Source of the DNA: Candidatus Multivorans sp.
GTDB lineage: Bacteria > Acidobacteriota > Thermoanaerobaculia > Multivoradales > Multivoraceae
DNA: 64,000 bases
Direction of reading: 5' to 3'
Assembly: GCA_965247095.1 (NCBI GenBank)
Contig: OZ251997.1
Coordinates: 1,824,001-1,888,000 of the forward strand
Under the pieces are notes generated by a model. The model did not search any database and was not told the DNA's origin. It saw nothing but the letters and a program-made list of their open reading frames with translations. Made by a program: the position numbers and the translations under genes. This document shows, in pieces, positions 46,984 through 57,140 of this stretch; position 1 is the first letter of the stretch, and each line of letters begins with the position of its first letter.

Positions 46984-48177
46984 CTAGGTCTCCGGCCAGG
47001 AACCCCGGCCCTCGAGCATGAAGGTCAGGTGGGGGTGGTAGAGGGCCGGCTCCAGCAGGAACGAATCGTGGCCCTTGTCGGAGTGGACGATGATCCTCAT
47101 GCAACTGACGCCGGCAGACTGCAACGCAGCCATCAGATCGCCCTGCTCCTCGGGGTAGTAGCAGACGTCGGAGTTGATCGAGAAGATCAGGAAACGCTGG
47201 TCCCGGCAGCGCTCGAAGGCCTCCCCCACACAAGCGGTGCCGGCCGCGGTGGCCAGGTCGTACTGACTCCAGGCGTCCACGATCCGCAGGTAGGAGTTCG
47301 CGTCGAACCGGGCCGCGAACTTATGTCCCTGATGCCGCATGTACGACTCGATCGGGTGATTGACGCCGTACCAGGGCACACCGGAGGCCTCGGCAACCGT
47401 GTTCCTGGCCCGCCGCCTCAGCGTGTGCAGAGAAACGAAGGTCTTGTGGTTGATCTGGCGGGCGATCTTCATCCCTTCGAGTTCGGTGCCCGGCTCGTAG
47501 TGGCCGCGGTCGAAACGCGGGTCGTTGGCGATCGCCTGGATCTGCTCGAAGTTGTGTATCCGCTGGAGCGGCGTTACCTCCATGCCGGCCGCGACCACGA
47601 CCACATTGCGCACCCGCTCGGGGAACATGACCGCCAGGTCGAGCACCGCCATGCCCCCGGTCGAAGGCCCCACGCCGGCGTGCAGTACGTCGACTCCCAG
47701 CCGGTCGAAGAGGCGCATCGTCGCGCGGACCGAGTCCGAGAAGCGCACCCGGGGGAAGGAAGGACCCCAGCGCTCGCCTGTGGCCGGATCGATCGACAGC
47801 GGTCCGGTCGATCCGTAGCAGCCCCCGATGTAGTTGACGCAGATGACGCAGAAACGGTCCGTGTCGATCGCCCGACCCGGGCCGATGAACTCATGCCACC
47901 AGCCGAGCACCATCTCGTCGGTCCAGGCGTTGCCGAGACCCGGCACACCGTGGTTCGTACCCGCCGCGTGGTGGCTCCCGGTGAGGGCGTGGAACAGCAG
48001 CACGGCGTTGTCCCGGGCGGCGTTCAGTTCCCCGTACTGCTCCCAGGCCAGGGTGAACTCGGGCAGCGTGTCGCCGCACTTGAGCTCGAGCGGCTCCTCG
48101 AAACGCTCGAACCGGGTCTGGACGACTCCGATGCCGCCAGCGTTTCCAGCCGCGGTCACGCTGCGAATCGACTCCAT
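46984..48177 (-). CDS. metX: Homoserine O-acetyltransferase family (alpha/beta hydrolase)
   Basis: HALTG, IGPGRAIDT, NYIGGCYGSTGP, GPSTGG nucleophile, FDANSY, GHDSFL. Confidence 0.85.
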   Translation of the reverse strand: MESIRSVTAAGNAGGIGVVQTRFERFEEPLELKCGDTLPEFTLAWEQYGELNAARDNAVLLFHALTGSHHAAGTNHGVPGLGNAWTDEMVLGWWHEFIGPGRAIDTDRFCVICVNYIGGCYGSTGPLSIDPATGERWGPSFPRVRFSDSVRATMRLFDRLGVDVLHAGVGPSTGGMAVLDLAVMFPERVRNVVVVAAGMEVTPLQRIHNFEQIQAIANDPRFDRGHYEPGTELEGMKIARQINHKTFVSLHTLRRRARNTVAEASGVPWYGVNHPIESYMRHQGHKFAARFDANSYLRIVDAWSQYDLATAAGTACVGEAFERCRDQRFLIFSINSDVCYYPEEQGDLMAALQSAGVSCMRIIVHSDKGHDSFLLEPALYHPHLTFMLEGRGSWPET

Positions 48178-48231
48178 GCGCCGACACTATCCCCACCGGC
48201 CGGGCCGTGTAACAGCCGGCGAGCAATGTGC

Positions 48232-49560
48232 TTAGGGCGGCGGTGCCACACTCCGCGGCGCCAGCACCCAGTAGCGTCCCCGGTGCGCCATGCGGCCTGC
48301 AATCGACCTGGCCCGCTCGCCGGCGCCCCAGAACACGTCCCCGCGCACGGCGCCACGGATCGCGCCGCCCGTATCCTGAGCCACCAGCAACCACTGGCGG
48401 CGCTCGTCCGGCGCCTCGGGGCCGGCCGCAGGGGTCATCGCGTCGAGCCAGACAGGGACCCCTAGGGGAACGTGTTGCCGGTCCACCGCCAGGGAGCGTT
48501 CCGGAGTCAGCGCGACGCCTTGGGCGCCGACCGGGCCCTCGCCCCGGATCTGGCGAAAGAAGACGTAGGAGTCGTTCGTCGCCATGACCTCTCCCGCGCG
48601 GTCCGGGTTGGCTCGCAGCCAGGCGTCGATCGACTGCAGCGACACTTCGTCCAACGTCAGTTCGCCCCAGTCGACCAGGGTCCGGCCGATGGCGTGGTAC
48701 GGGTGGCCGTTCTGGGCCGCGTAGCCGACCCGGAAGATGGCGCCGTCGTCGAGTTCGACCCGTCCCGAGCCCTGGATATGGAGGAAGAAGGCATCGACCG
48801 CGTCGTCGACCCAGACCAGTTCCAGGCCGCGGCCGGCGAGCGAACCCGACGCGATGGCCTCCCGGTGGTCGTAGGGCTCGAGGCTCCGCCCGCGAACGCG
48901 TCCGGCCACCCGGCGGCCCCGGAGGTCGTCCCGGAAACGACCGAGGTCCACCGAGACGAGGTCGGACGGCTGCGTGTACAGCGGCACGCTGTACCGCTCG
49001 CCGCGGCGGCGGCTGCCATGAAGCAAGGGCTCGAAGTAACCCGTGAAGAGACCGATGCGCCGCGCCCAGCCGGAGCCTTCACCCGGCCGGCCTGCGGCTT
49101 CCGCCGCTTCGGCTCGAGACAGGGGAACAGCAACAAGTTCGCGCTCGATGACCGCCCGCACGTCGTTCTCTCCGGCCGAGTCGCCGAGGCCGCGCAGAGC
49201 GCCGCAGAAGGGCCGCCAGTCGCCAGCCGTGCCGCCCAGTTCGACCGGCTTCAGTACCCGATCGGCGGGCTGCGCGATCAGCCGGTCGCAACTCCTCAGC
49301 AACGCCGGCAGCGCACGGGCAACCTCGTCGCCGGCCCAGCCCGGCAGCGAGGCGACCTCTACCCGGGTCCCGTAGATCTCGACCGACGCGGCTTCTGTCG
49401 GCTGCGGCGCCTCGGGCCGGAACGGCGCACCGAGCCAGCCGGCGATCCGGTCCGGTCCGACGGCAAGGACTGTCGCCACCAGCGCCCAGCCGAGGGTCAC
49501 AAGCGCAGCGATCCGGCGCCATCGCTCCCGCGCGGGAAGCTCCCGTTCGAACCAGCGCAT
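48232..49560 (-). CDS. mltA: Membrane-bound lytic murein transglycosylase A
   Basis: FTGYFEP, FFLHIQGSG, SYVFF, AQDTGGAIRG, DVFWG. Confidence 0.92.
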   Translation of the reverse strand: MRWFERELPARERWRRIAALVTLGWALVATVLAVGPDRIAGWLGAPFRPEAPQPTEAASVEIYGTRVEVASLPGWAGDEVARALPALLRSCDRLIAQPADRVLKPVELGGTAGDWRPFCGALRGLGDSAGENDVRAVIERELVAVPLSRAEAAEAAGRPGEGSGWARRIGLFTGYFEPLLHGSRRRGERYSVPLYTQPSDLVSVDLGRFRDDLRGRRVAGRVRGRSLEPYDHREAIASGSLAGRGLELVWVDDAVDAFFLHIQGSGRVELDDGAIFRVGYAAQNGHPYHAIGRTLVDWGELTLDEVSLQSIDAWLRANPDRAGEVMATNDSYVFFRQIRGEGPVGAQGVALTPERSLAVDRQHVPLGVPVWLDAMTPAAGPEAPDERRQWLLVAQDTGGAIRGAVRGDVFWGAGERARSIAGRMAHRGRYWVLAPRSVAPPP

Positions 49561-49615
49561 ACCGGGCGACGGTAGCAGCCAGCGTTCGCGGCCGGTCCGG
49601 TTACGCTTCCACGCG

Positions 49616-50815
49616 ATGACCGGACGCCCACTGCGCTGGCTGTTCTTCTACGACTGCATCTATCCAGAGTCTCTGGGGGGCGTCGAGCACCGCAACTACG
49701 AACTCGCCAGGGAACTGGGCCGGCTCGGACACGAGGTCGTGCTGTCGGGCTGGGCGGAGGCGCCGCACGCGCCCCACCCGAACGTGCGCGTTGCGCCGGT
49801 GGCGAAGGCGAGCCGGCGCTACGTCGCTCGCGGGCGGCGGTCGGGGCTCGAGGCGCTGCTGCTGGCATCCCAGGTGCGACGGATTCCCCTCGACGGCGTC
49901 GACATCGTCGAGACCGCAAACATCCCTTACCTGCACCTGCCCCTGCTCGCCCGGCGCTGCCGGCGGCGCGGTATTCCGCTGCTGGTGACCTGGCACGAGC
50001 ACTGGGGCAGGTACTGGCGGCGGCACCGGCCTCCGGGACCGCTCGATCCCGGCATGTGGCGGCTCTACGCCCTCTGCGAACGCCTGTCGCTTCGCTTCGG
50101 CAGCCGGGCGGTGGCAGTCAGCAAGCTCACCGCCGGCCGGGCGGCGAAGGTACGCGGCGAAGCGGTTGAGGTCATTCCCAACGGCATCCCCTTCGAACGA
50201 ATCCGCGCCCTCGCGGCTGAGGCGGACGCGACCGCGCCGCCCCTGGTCTACGCGGGCCGGCTGATTCCGGAGAAGCGGGTCGATCTCCTGCTCGACGCGA
50301 CCGCGCGACTGGCGGCCACCGAGACCGGTAGACGGCTCGCCTCCGAGAGGGGCGCCCTGCTGCGGATCATCGGCGGCGGCCCGGCCGAGCCGGAACTCCG
50401 GGCGCGGATCGACGAACTGAGCCTCGGCAGCATCGTCGATTTCGCTGGTCGCCTGCCCGAGAACGACGATGTCTGGCGCGCCGTGGCGGGTGCCGCGATC
50501 GCGGTTCAGCCCTCGGCCCGGGAGGGCTTCGGGCTGTTCCCGCTCGAGGCGATGGCTGCCGGCGTGCCCGTGGTCCACTGCCGGTCCGCCAACAGCGCGG
50601 TGCCCGAACTCGTTCGCGACGGTCGGGATGGCTGGGCGGTCGATGCGGATGCAGGAACACTCGCGCACCTCCTCGAACGGTTGCTCGAGGCGCCGGCCGA
50701 ACTCGCCGCGGCGTCCCGCTCGGCGGTGGAGCGCGCGGCCGGCTACGACTGGCGACAGGTCGCCGATCGGGTGATCGAAACGGGGAACGAGCTGGTGCGG
50801 CGGGAGCGAGCCTGA
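49616..50815 (+). CDS. Glycosyltransferase family 4
   Basis: GGVE, YAGRLIPEKRVD, EGFGLFPLEAMA. Confidence 0.92.
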   Translation: MTGRPLRWLFFYDCIYPESLGGVEHRNYELARELGRLGHEVVLSGWAEAPHAPHPNVRVAPVAKASRRYVARGRRSGLEALLLASQVRRIPLDGVDIVETANIPYLHLPLLARRCRRRGIPLLVTWHEHWGRYWRRHRPPGPLDPGMWRLYALCERLSLRFGSRAVAVSKLTAGRAAKVRGEAVEVIPNGIPFERIRALAAEADATAPPLVYAGRLIPEKRVDLLLDATARLAATETGRRLASERGALLRIIGGGPAEPELRARIDELSLGSIVDFAGRLPENDDVWRAVAGAAIAVQPSAREGFGLFPLEAMAAGVPVVHCRSANSAVPELVRDGRDGWAVDADAGTLAHLLERLLEAPAELAAASRSAVERAAGYDWRQVADRVIETGNELVRRERA

Positions 50816-50860
50816 GCCGCCCGCCCGAGGGTCTCTGACTGCTGTAAGGTCTCCGCCGTC

Positions 50861-51253
50861 GTGGGCACCGTACTGGAGGTCGAGGTATCGGCGGGCGAAC
50901 TCGTCGACAAGATCACGATCCTCGAGATCAAGGCCGAGCGGATCGCCGACCCGGACAAGCTCGCGAACGTCCACCGCGAACTCCGGAGCCTGACAGCAAC
51001 GCGCCGCGAAGCGCTGCCGAGTTCCGAGGAACTCGACGAGCTCACCGCCGAGCTGCGCCGCATCAACGAGCGGCTGTGGGAGATCGAGGACGACATCCGC
51101 GACTGCGAGCGCAAGAGCGACTTCGGCGAGCGTTTCATCGAGCTGGCGCGGGAGGTCTACCGGACGAACGACCGCCGCGCCGCCGCCAAGCGCAGGATCA
51201 ACGAGTTGCTGGGCTCTGAGCTGGTCGAGGAGAAGGACTACGCCGAGTACTGA
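50861..51253 (+). CDS. DUF6165 family protein
   Basis: GELVDKITILEIK, LWEIEDDIR, NDRRA, VEEK. Confidence 0.85.
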   Translation: MGTVLEVEVSAGELVDKITILEIKAERIADPDKLANVHRELRSLTATRREALPSSEELDELTAELRRINERLWEIEDDIRDCERKSDFGERFIELAREVYRTNDRRAAAKRRINELLGSELVEEKDYAEY

Positions 51254-51281
51254 TCGGGCGGCACTGCGCCGGCGCGAGCCG

Positions 51282-51722
51282 CTACCAAACGCCCTCGTTC
51301 GGCATCGAGGCCCACGGCTCCTCGACCGCCTGCGCGCCGCCCGCCTGCAACAGTTCGATCGAGATGCCGTCCGGCGACCGGATGAACGCCATGCGTCCGT
51401 CCCGCGGCGGACGGTTGATCACCACGCCCTGCTCCTGGAGCGACCGGCAGGCGCCGTAGATGTCGTCGACCTCGAATGCCAAGTGGCCGAAGTTCCGGCC
51501 TCCCGTGTAGTCCTCGGAATCCCAGTTGTAGGTCAGTTCGAGAAGCGGCGCCGTCCGCTCCCGGGCCAGCTCGACATCCGATGGCGCGGCCAGGAACACG
51601 AGCGTGAACCGGCCCTGCTCGCTGTCCATCCGGCGCATCTCGACCATGCCCAACTTGCCGCAGTAGAAGTCGAGCGCCTCCTCCAGGCTGCCGACACGGA
51701 CCATCGTGTGCAGGTACTTCAT
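51282..51722 (-). CDS. gloA: Lactoylglutathione lyase (glyoxalase I)
   Basis: [30 protein letters not shown]. Confidence 0.9.
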   Translation of the reverse strand: MKYLHTMVRVGSLEEALDFYCGKLGMVEMRRMDSEQGRFTLVFLAAPSDVELARERTAPLLELTYNWDSEDYTGGRNFGHLAFEVDDIYGACRSLQEQGVVINRPPRDGRMAFIRSPDGISIELLQAGGAQAVEEPWASMPNEGVW

Positions 51723-51776
51723 CCGTCGCCTCCCCGTTCGTGGCCGTCCTCGCCGATCCGGTAGCTTACGCCCCCC

Positions 51777-52931
51777 ATGCAGATCAGACCGGTAGTGCAT
51801 CGGGTGATCGACTCGCCGATCACCCAGGTCGGACGCTGGAAGAGCAGCGCCGCCCCCGACCTTCCCCTCATCGACGTCTCCCAGGCGGCGCCGACCTACC
51901 CGCCGGCGCAGGAACTGCGCGACCACATCGCCGCCGCTGCCCAGAGCCCGGCCACGGCGACCTACACCGACCAGCAGGGGATCCCCGAACTGCGCGAGGC
52001 GCTGGCGCGGGCCATGACGGGGGACTACGGCGCTCCGATCGCGGTCGACCGGGTGGCCGTCACGGCCGGCTGCAACCAGGCGTTCTGCCTGGCGATGATG
52101 GCGCTCACGGAGCCCGGCGACGAGGTCATCCTGCCGCTGCCCTCCTACTTCAACCACGACATGTGGCTCCGTTCGCAGGACGTCGAGCCCGTCTACATCG
52201 AGCCCGGCCCGGACATGGCGCCCGACCCCGCCGCCGCCGAGGCGGCAATCACCGCCAGGACGCGGGCGATCGTCCTCGTGACGCCGAACAACCCGACCGG
52301 CGCGGTCTACCCGCCGGCCCTGATCGACAGCTTCTTCGAACTCGCCCGCGAACGCGGCCTGGCACTCGTGGTCGACGAGACCTACCGCGAGTTCCGCGAC
52401 CGCTCGGACCCGCCCCACGCCCTCTTCCAGCGGCCCGACTGGACCGACGCCCTCATCCACCTCTACAGCTTCTCCAAGGCGTACTGCATGGCGGGCTACC
52501 GGATCGGCGCCATGGCCGCCGACCCCGCCCTGCTGCGAGAGACCCTCAAGATCGCCGACTGCGTCGCCCTCTGCCCCTCCCACATCGGCCAGTTGGCGGC
52601 GCTCTACTGCCTCGACCACCTCGACGACTGGAAGCGCGAGTACCGCCGCACCGTCCGCGAACGCGTCGCCTACGCCGCCCGCCGCATCCGCGAGGCGAAC
52701 ACCGGCTTCGAGGTCGCCTCCTCCGGCGGCTACTTCGTCTACCTCCGCCACCCCTGGCCCGACCGCTCCTCCGTCAACGTCGGCCGCAGCCTCGCCCAGG
52801 ACCACGGCATCCTCTGCCTCGCCGGCGCCATGTTCGGCCCCCGCCAGGACCGCTACCTCCGCCTCGCCTTCGCCAACGTCGACCTCCCCGCCATCGACGA
52901 ACTGGTCGAACGGCTGGAGAGGCTTCGATAG
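51777..52931 (+). CDS. Aminotransferase class I/II
   Basis: TPNNPTG, DETY, SFSKAY, GYRIG. Confidence 0.92.
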   Translation: MQIRPVVHRVIDSPITQVGRWKSSAAPDLPLIDVSQAAPTYPPAQELRDHIAAAAQSPATATYTDQQGIPELREALARAMTGDYGAPIAVDRVAVTAGCNQAFCLAMMALTEPGDEVILPLPSYFNHDMWLRSQDVEPVYIEPGPDMAPDPAAAEAAITARTRAIVLVTPNNPTGAVYPPALIDSFFELARERGLALVVDETYREFRDRSDPPHALFQRPDWTDALIHLYSFSKAYCMAGYRIGAMAADPALLRETLKIADCVALCPSHIGQLAALYCLDHLDDWKREYRRTVRERVAYAARRIREANTGFEVASSGGYFVYLRHPWPDRSSVNVGRSLAQDHGILCLAGAMFGPRQDRYLRLAFANVDLPAIDELVERLERLR

Positions 52932-53099
52932 GCGTCGGCTAGCGGCTGTGCGGCACGCCTGACAGCGACGCCTCGAAGCTGACCGTCCCGCCGACACACG
53001 CCCGTGTCGAAGTGCCTCGAGCAGCCCGGATTGGTTGGGGGGGGGTTGATTGCATGCAATCATTAGGCGAACGTGAGGGCAACACACTGGAGAACGACC

Positions 53100-53342
53100 A
53101 TGGCCAGCATCACGATTCGCAATCTCTCTCAGGAATCCAAGGAACGGCTCCGGCACCGCGCTGCACGACGGGGATGCAGCCTCGAGGCCCTGGTCCGGTC
53201 GATTCTGGACAGCGCGGCCGAGGAGGCCGTCGTCTCGCCCGGGTTTCCCCATGACCTCATTGCGGCGATCGAACCGGGCGAGGAGATCGAACCGCTCCTC
53301 CGCGGTCACGACCAACCGCAGCCTCCGCTCAGCCTGCAGTGA
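53100..53342 (+). CDS. vapB: FitA-like RHH antitoxin
   Basis: MASITIRNL...[20 protein letters not shown]; overlaps the PIN gene. Confidence 0.85.
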   Translation: MASITIRNLSQESKERLRHRAARRGCSLEALVRSILDSAAEEAVVSPGFPHDLIAAIEPGEEIEPLLRGHDQPQPPLSLQ

Positions 53343-53749
53343 TCCTTCTCGACACGAACGTCCTGTCGGAGTTGACCAGGGCGAGGCCCTCGCCTCGGGT
53401 AGTCGCCTGGCTCGAAGCGAACGAGCCCCTGCTAGCAGTTCCGGCGATCACCCTCGCCGAGTTGCGCTACGGCATTGCGCGGCTGCCCAGCGGCCGGAGA
53501 CGGTCGAGTCTGCTTCGCTTTTGGCGCCTGACGTGCGACCGCTTCCGGGGCCGCATCTTCTCGTTCGACGAGCGTGCCGCCGAGGTCTACGGGGATGTGG
53601 CGGCCCGGGCCGAGCGCGACGGAACGCGGCTGAACATCGCCGACGGACAGATCGCGGCCATTGCGCTTGTGCACGGCATGCAGGTGGCGACGCGCGACAT
53701 AGGCGGCTTCGAGGCATCCGGCGCAGAACTGATCAACCCCTGGGACTGA
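53339..53749 (+). CDS. vapC: FitB/VapC PIN toxin
   Basis: [32 protein letters not shown]. Confidence 0.92.
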   Translation: MILLDTNVLSELTRARPSPRVVAWLEANEPLLAVPAITLAELRYGIARLPSGRRRSSLLRFWRLTCDRFRGRIFSFDERAAEVYGDVAARAERDGTRLNIADGQIAAIALVHGMQVATRDIGGFEASGAELINPWD

Positions 53750-53765
53750 TGGCCGGCTGCTGGAT

Positions 53766-54003
53766 CGGCTTCGATGTCGTCTCCTCCGGCGGCTACTCGT
53801 CTACCCCCATCACTCCTTCACCGACCACTCCTCAGTCGAAGTCGGCCGCAGCCTCGCCCAGGACCACGGCATCCCCTGCCTCGCCGGCTCCATGTTCGGC
53901 CCCCACCAGAACCGCTACCTCCGCCTCGCCTTCGCCAACGTCGATCTGTCCGCGATCGACGAGCTGGTGGAACGCCTCGAGAGCCTCGGCTCGGCAGGCT
54001 AGC
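53766..54003 (+). pseudogene. Degenerate duplicate of the aminotransferase 3' end
   Basis: Aligns by eye to 52703-52943, e.g. gtcggccgcagcctcgcccaggaccacggcatc and accgctacctccgcctcgccttcgccaacgtcga, with indels. Confidence 0.85.
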
Positions 54004-54108
54004 CGTCAGGCATCGATGCCACCCGCCTGCCTCTCAGGTCACGGCGGGGTCAGCCTCCAGCTCCCTTCCGCTCGCTCTCGACAGCAGGCGACATGCCGGC
54101 GCCCGCAC

Positions 54109-54933
54109 TCACGGTCCCGCCGCGAGCCTGAGGTCCTTCCAAACCCCAATGTGATCCGACAGGACCTCGTCGGGGGTTCGCTTCGGGAAGATCCCGACGG
54201 CCTTTTCGGGCTCCACAACCGCCAGGTCTCGAGAGTGTGCGATGTGGTCTATGAGTTGGTCCCGTGACTTCGAGCCGTCCCCGAGTCTAGAGCGCCAGAG
54301 GCCCGCTCGCGGCAAGCCCGCCGCCCGGTCGTCCTGGTTCTCCCACGGGAAGAACCCGACCGTAGCCATCTGCAGGCCCTCGAAGGCTCGAAGCAGCGCT
54401 GCATGAACACGGTGGGGCCCCCAAGTGTGAGGAACTCTCTGGTTGAAGTCGCCGAGCACGATGGTGCGGGAGTCGGTGGAATACGAGAGGCTCTCGAATC
54501 CCTTGAGCCAGTCCCTATGGACGTCCCACAGTTTGCGGTTCCGGCGGCCGGTGCGGACATGCGCCCATTGCCACGGGATGCAGACGCCCGCGATCGTCAG
54601 TTCGCCGATGGGGGTCTCGGTCACGCCAGCTACGAATCTTCCCGACATGATCTCGGGACCGTGTTCGATCTTCCTCCAGGGCCGTTCGCTCCAGAGAAGA
54701 ACCTCCCGGCGACCGGGGACGATCGGATACCCCCAGTCCGCTCCCCCGTCGATGACGTGACCACCGCTCGGCAAGAGTTCCTTGTAGCCCTCGGTGACGC
54801 ACAAGACGTGGCACTTCGGAGCGTCAAGAATGGGCCGAATGCGGTTCGCTCTGGCGGACTTGGGAGCGGCCCATTCAGTGTTCCAGGTGCCGACCCGGAC
54901 ACCGCGAGAGCGTTCGGTCATTGATCGGTTCAA
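54109..54933 (-). CDS. Endonuclease/exonuclease/phosphatase family protein
   Basis: VGTWN, CVTE, LGDFN, IDHI, LSDH. Confidence 0.85.
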   Translation of the reverse strand: MNRSMTERSRGVRVGTWNTEWAAPKSARANRIRPILDAPKCHVLCVTEGYKELLPSGGHVIDGGADWGYPIVPGRREVLLWSERPWRKIEHGPEIMSGRFVAGVTETPIGELTIAGVCIPWQWAHVRTGRRNRKLWDVHRDWLKGFESLSYSTDSRTIVLGDFNQRVPHTWGPHRVHAALLRAFEGLQMATVGFFPWENQDDRAAGLPRAGLWRSRLGDGSKSRDQLIDHIAHSRDLAVVEPEKAVGIFPKRTPDEVLSDHIGVWKDLRLAAGP

Positions 54934-55084
54934 TTTCGGGGTTGAGCGCCAGAGGCTAGCGGCGCTCCCGTGCCGTGGTTAAACCGCCACCGCTCTGAAT
55001 CCACGTGGCCCTAGCCACGCGCTCCACCGCCAACCAGCCGTCCTCCGTCGGCCCCTTGCCCAAGGACACGTGGCTCGGCCTCAT

Positions 55085-55396
55085 TTACACAGTGGCTTCC
55101 AGATGCGAACCAGATCGCAAGGTCGGCAACCGGGCGATCGCCGGTCCGCTCTTCTGCTCAGCCAACCGCAACTCGTAGAGGTTCTGGAGATTCAGCCAGA
55201 ACTTGCCCGACGTGCCGAGGAAGCGCCCCAGGCGCAGAGCCGTGTCGCCCGACACCGAGCGCCGACCGTTGAGAATCTCGGTGATCCGGTCCGGCGGCAC
55301 CTCGACCCGCCGCGCGAGTTCCGTTGCGCTGATTCCGAGAGCGTCCAGGTCCTCGCGAAGCCTCTCGTCGGGATGGATGGGCTCACGCATGGTCAT
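55085..55396 (-). CDS. higA: HigA family antitoxin (no adjacent toxin)
   Basis: PIHPDERLRED, ITEILNGRR, FWLNLQ. Confidence 0.88.
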   Translation of the reverse strand: MTMREPIHPDERLREDLDALGISATELARRVEVPPDRITEILNGRRSVSGDTALRLGRFLGTSGKFWLNLQNLYELRLAEQKSGPAIARLPTLRSGSHLEATV

Positions 55397-55541
55397 CTCC
55401 AGTCAGTGGCACTCCACGCACGTCAAGCGTACTCTCAGGCAGGCGACATGAATCGATCAGCGCCGCGCCCGCGCGCCGTCATTTCGGCTCGGGATGCAAG
55501 AGGGTCAGCCTCCTGGTGCCGTGCCACCCGCACCCGCTGCC

Positions 55542-55589
55542 GGCGCACGGACTGGTTCACGGGGGGCGCGGATCGAGCCTCCCCGGTTC
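55542..55589. repeat. REP-like palindrome family B (degenerate)
   Basis: ggcgcacggactggttcacggggggcgcggatcgagcctccccggttc. Confidence 0.7.
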
Positions 55590-55781
55590 AAGGGCTGTCA
55601 GGGGGTATCGGAAACCCCGGCTAGATACCGGAACTCGTTGTAAAACATAGAGTTTTTCTCTCCCCGACGCGCATGTGGTATCCCTGCGTCTTCCTTGGCT
55701 CTCGCAAAAACCGTGGGACCCCGTGGGGGACCATGAGGCCGAGAAACTAAGGCCGAACGCGGAACACGGAGAGGAATGAGG

Positions 55782-56795
55782 GTGCCAAGGAAGAAACTGA
55801 CCGATGCCCTCGTCCGGTGTGTCGACCGGCCCGGAAAGTACGGAGACGAGCGCGGACTCATTCTACGGGTCCGGCCGACCGGATCGAAGCAGTGGATCTG
55901 GCGCGGAACCGTGGGGGCCGGCGAGTTGATCTCGGCCTGGGCGGCTATCCGTACACGACGCTGCGAGAGGCCCGTCAGCGGGCGTTCGAGTGTCGGAAGG
56001 CATCGAGAGGTCCGGCCGCGATCCGCGAGTCCTGAATCGACGCTGTCCGACATTCGCGGAGGCGGTCGAGACCGTGATCGCGATGCACCGCCCTTCGTGG
56101 CGGCCCGGCGGCGAGAGCGAGGCCAACTGGCGCCGGACGCTGGGCACCTACGCGGTACCGCGCCTGGGCCAGATCCAGGTGGACCAGATCACCAGCGCGG
56201 GTTTCATGGCGGTGCTTCAGCCGATCTGGAACGAGAAGGCGGTCACGGCGCGGCGGGGCCGGCAGCGGATCGGCGCCGTCATGCGGTGGGCGATCGCCCA
56301 GGGCCACCGGGCCGACAACCCCGCCGGCGATCCGATCAGGGCGGCGCTGCCGAGGAACGGAAGGCAGTCCCGTCACTTCAAGGCTTTGCCGCACCATGAG
56401 GTGGCAACGGCGCTGACGACGGTGCGGCAATCGTCCTCCGCCGCCGGGGTGCGGCTCTCGCTGGAGTTCCTGGTGTTGACGGCTGCCCGGTCGGTAGAGG
56501 TCCGCGGCGCGTCCTGGGCCGAGATCGACGACGAGACCGCTGTCTGGAGGGTGCCGGGCGTTCGCACGAAGACCTGCCGGTCGCATCGCGTTCCGCTGTC
56601 GCACCGGGCACTCGAAGTGCTCGAGGAGGCGCGGGCGGCTGGAGGCGGAGACCCGATCTTCCGGGCGGTGCCGAGCCGCCGCCCCCGCTGGCCACGGGAG
56701 TGTGGCGCGCGTTGTTACGGCGACTGAGAATCGACGCGACCGTGCACGGGTTCCGCCGTTCGTTCCGGGACTGGTGCGGTGAGACCGGAGTGCCA
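55782..56795 (+). pseudogene. P4-like tyrosine integrase, frameshifted and truncated
   Basis: KLTDALV...GLILRV...DLGLGGYP...; TAARSVEVR; HRVPLS; VHGFRRSFRDW spread over several frames. Confidence 0.88.
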
Positions 56796-57140
56796 CCGTT
56801 GCGCTTGTGCTCCTGGGGCGGGCGGCCCCGCGGGGCTAGGTCTCGTTTAGCGCAGGCGCCACAGTGGCTTTACTGGCCGGGAGCCGCGGCATCTTCTCTG
56901 GGAGCCAGCGTGTGACACGGCGAACGAGGGGCGAGTGGAGGCCAGAGAAGAACCGGCTCACGGCAGAGGTCATACCGCGCTGCCTAGCCAACGACAGCAC
57001 CGATCCCGAGAGTGGTTTCCCGGAGCGCGACGGCCTGCCGTCCCAAGTAGCCCTCCATTCTCGCCGAAAAGCGTCATGGGGCCTTCATCCTTGAAAGTGA
57101 TTTCCCGTCGGCGACGGTCTTTGCAGTCCGCTTACGCTCG

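Noticed and set aside
51723-53315. N-terminal extensions making 677-aa gloA (likewise 852-aa sqdB, 620-aa GT, 716-aa monooxygenase ORFs)
   Set aside because: The extensions overlap other well-supported genes; real starts are downstream
55590-55740. tRNA or tmRNA attachment site upstream of the integrase
   Set aside because: No cloverleaf, T-loop consensus or matching att repeat could be identified
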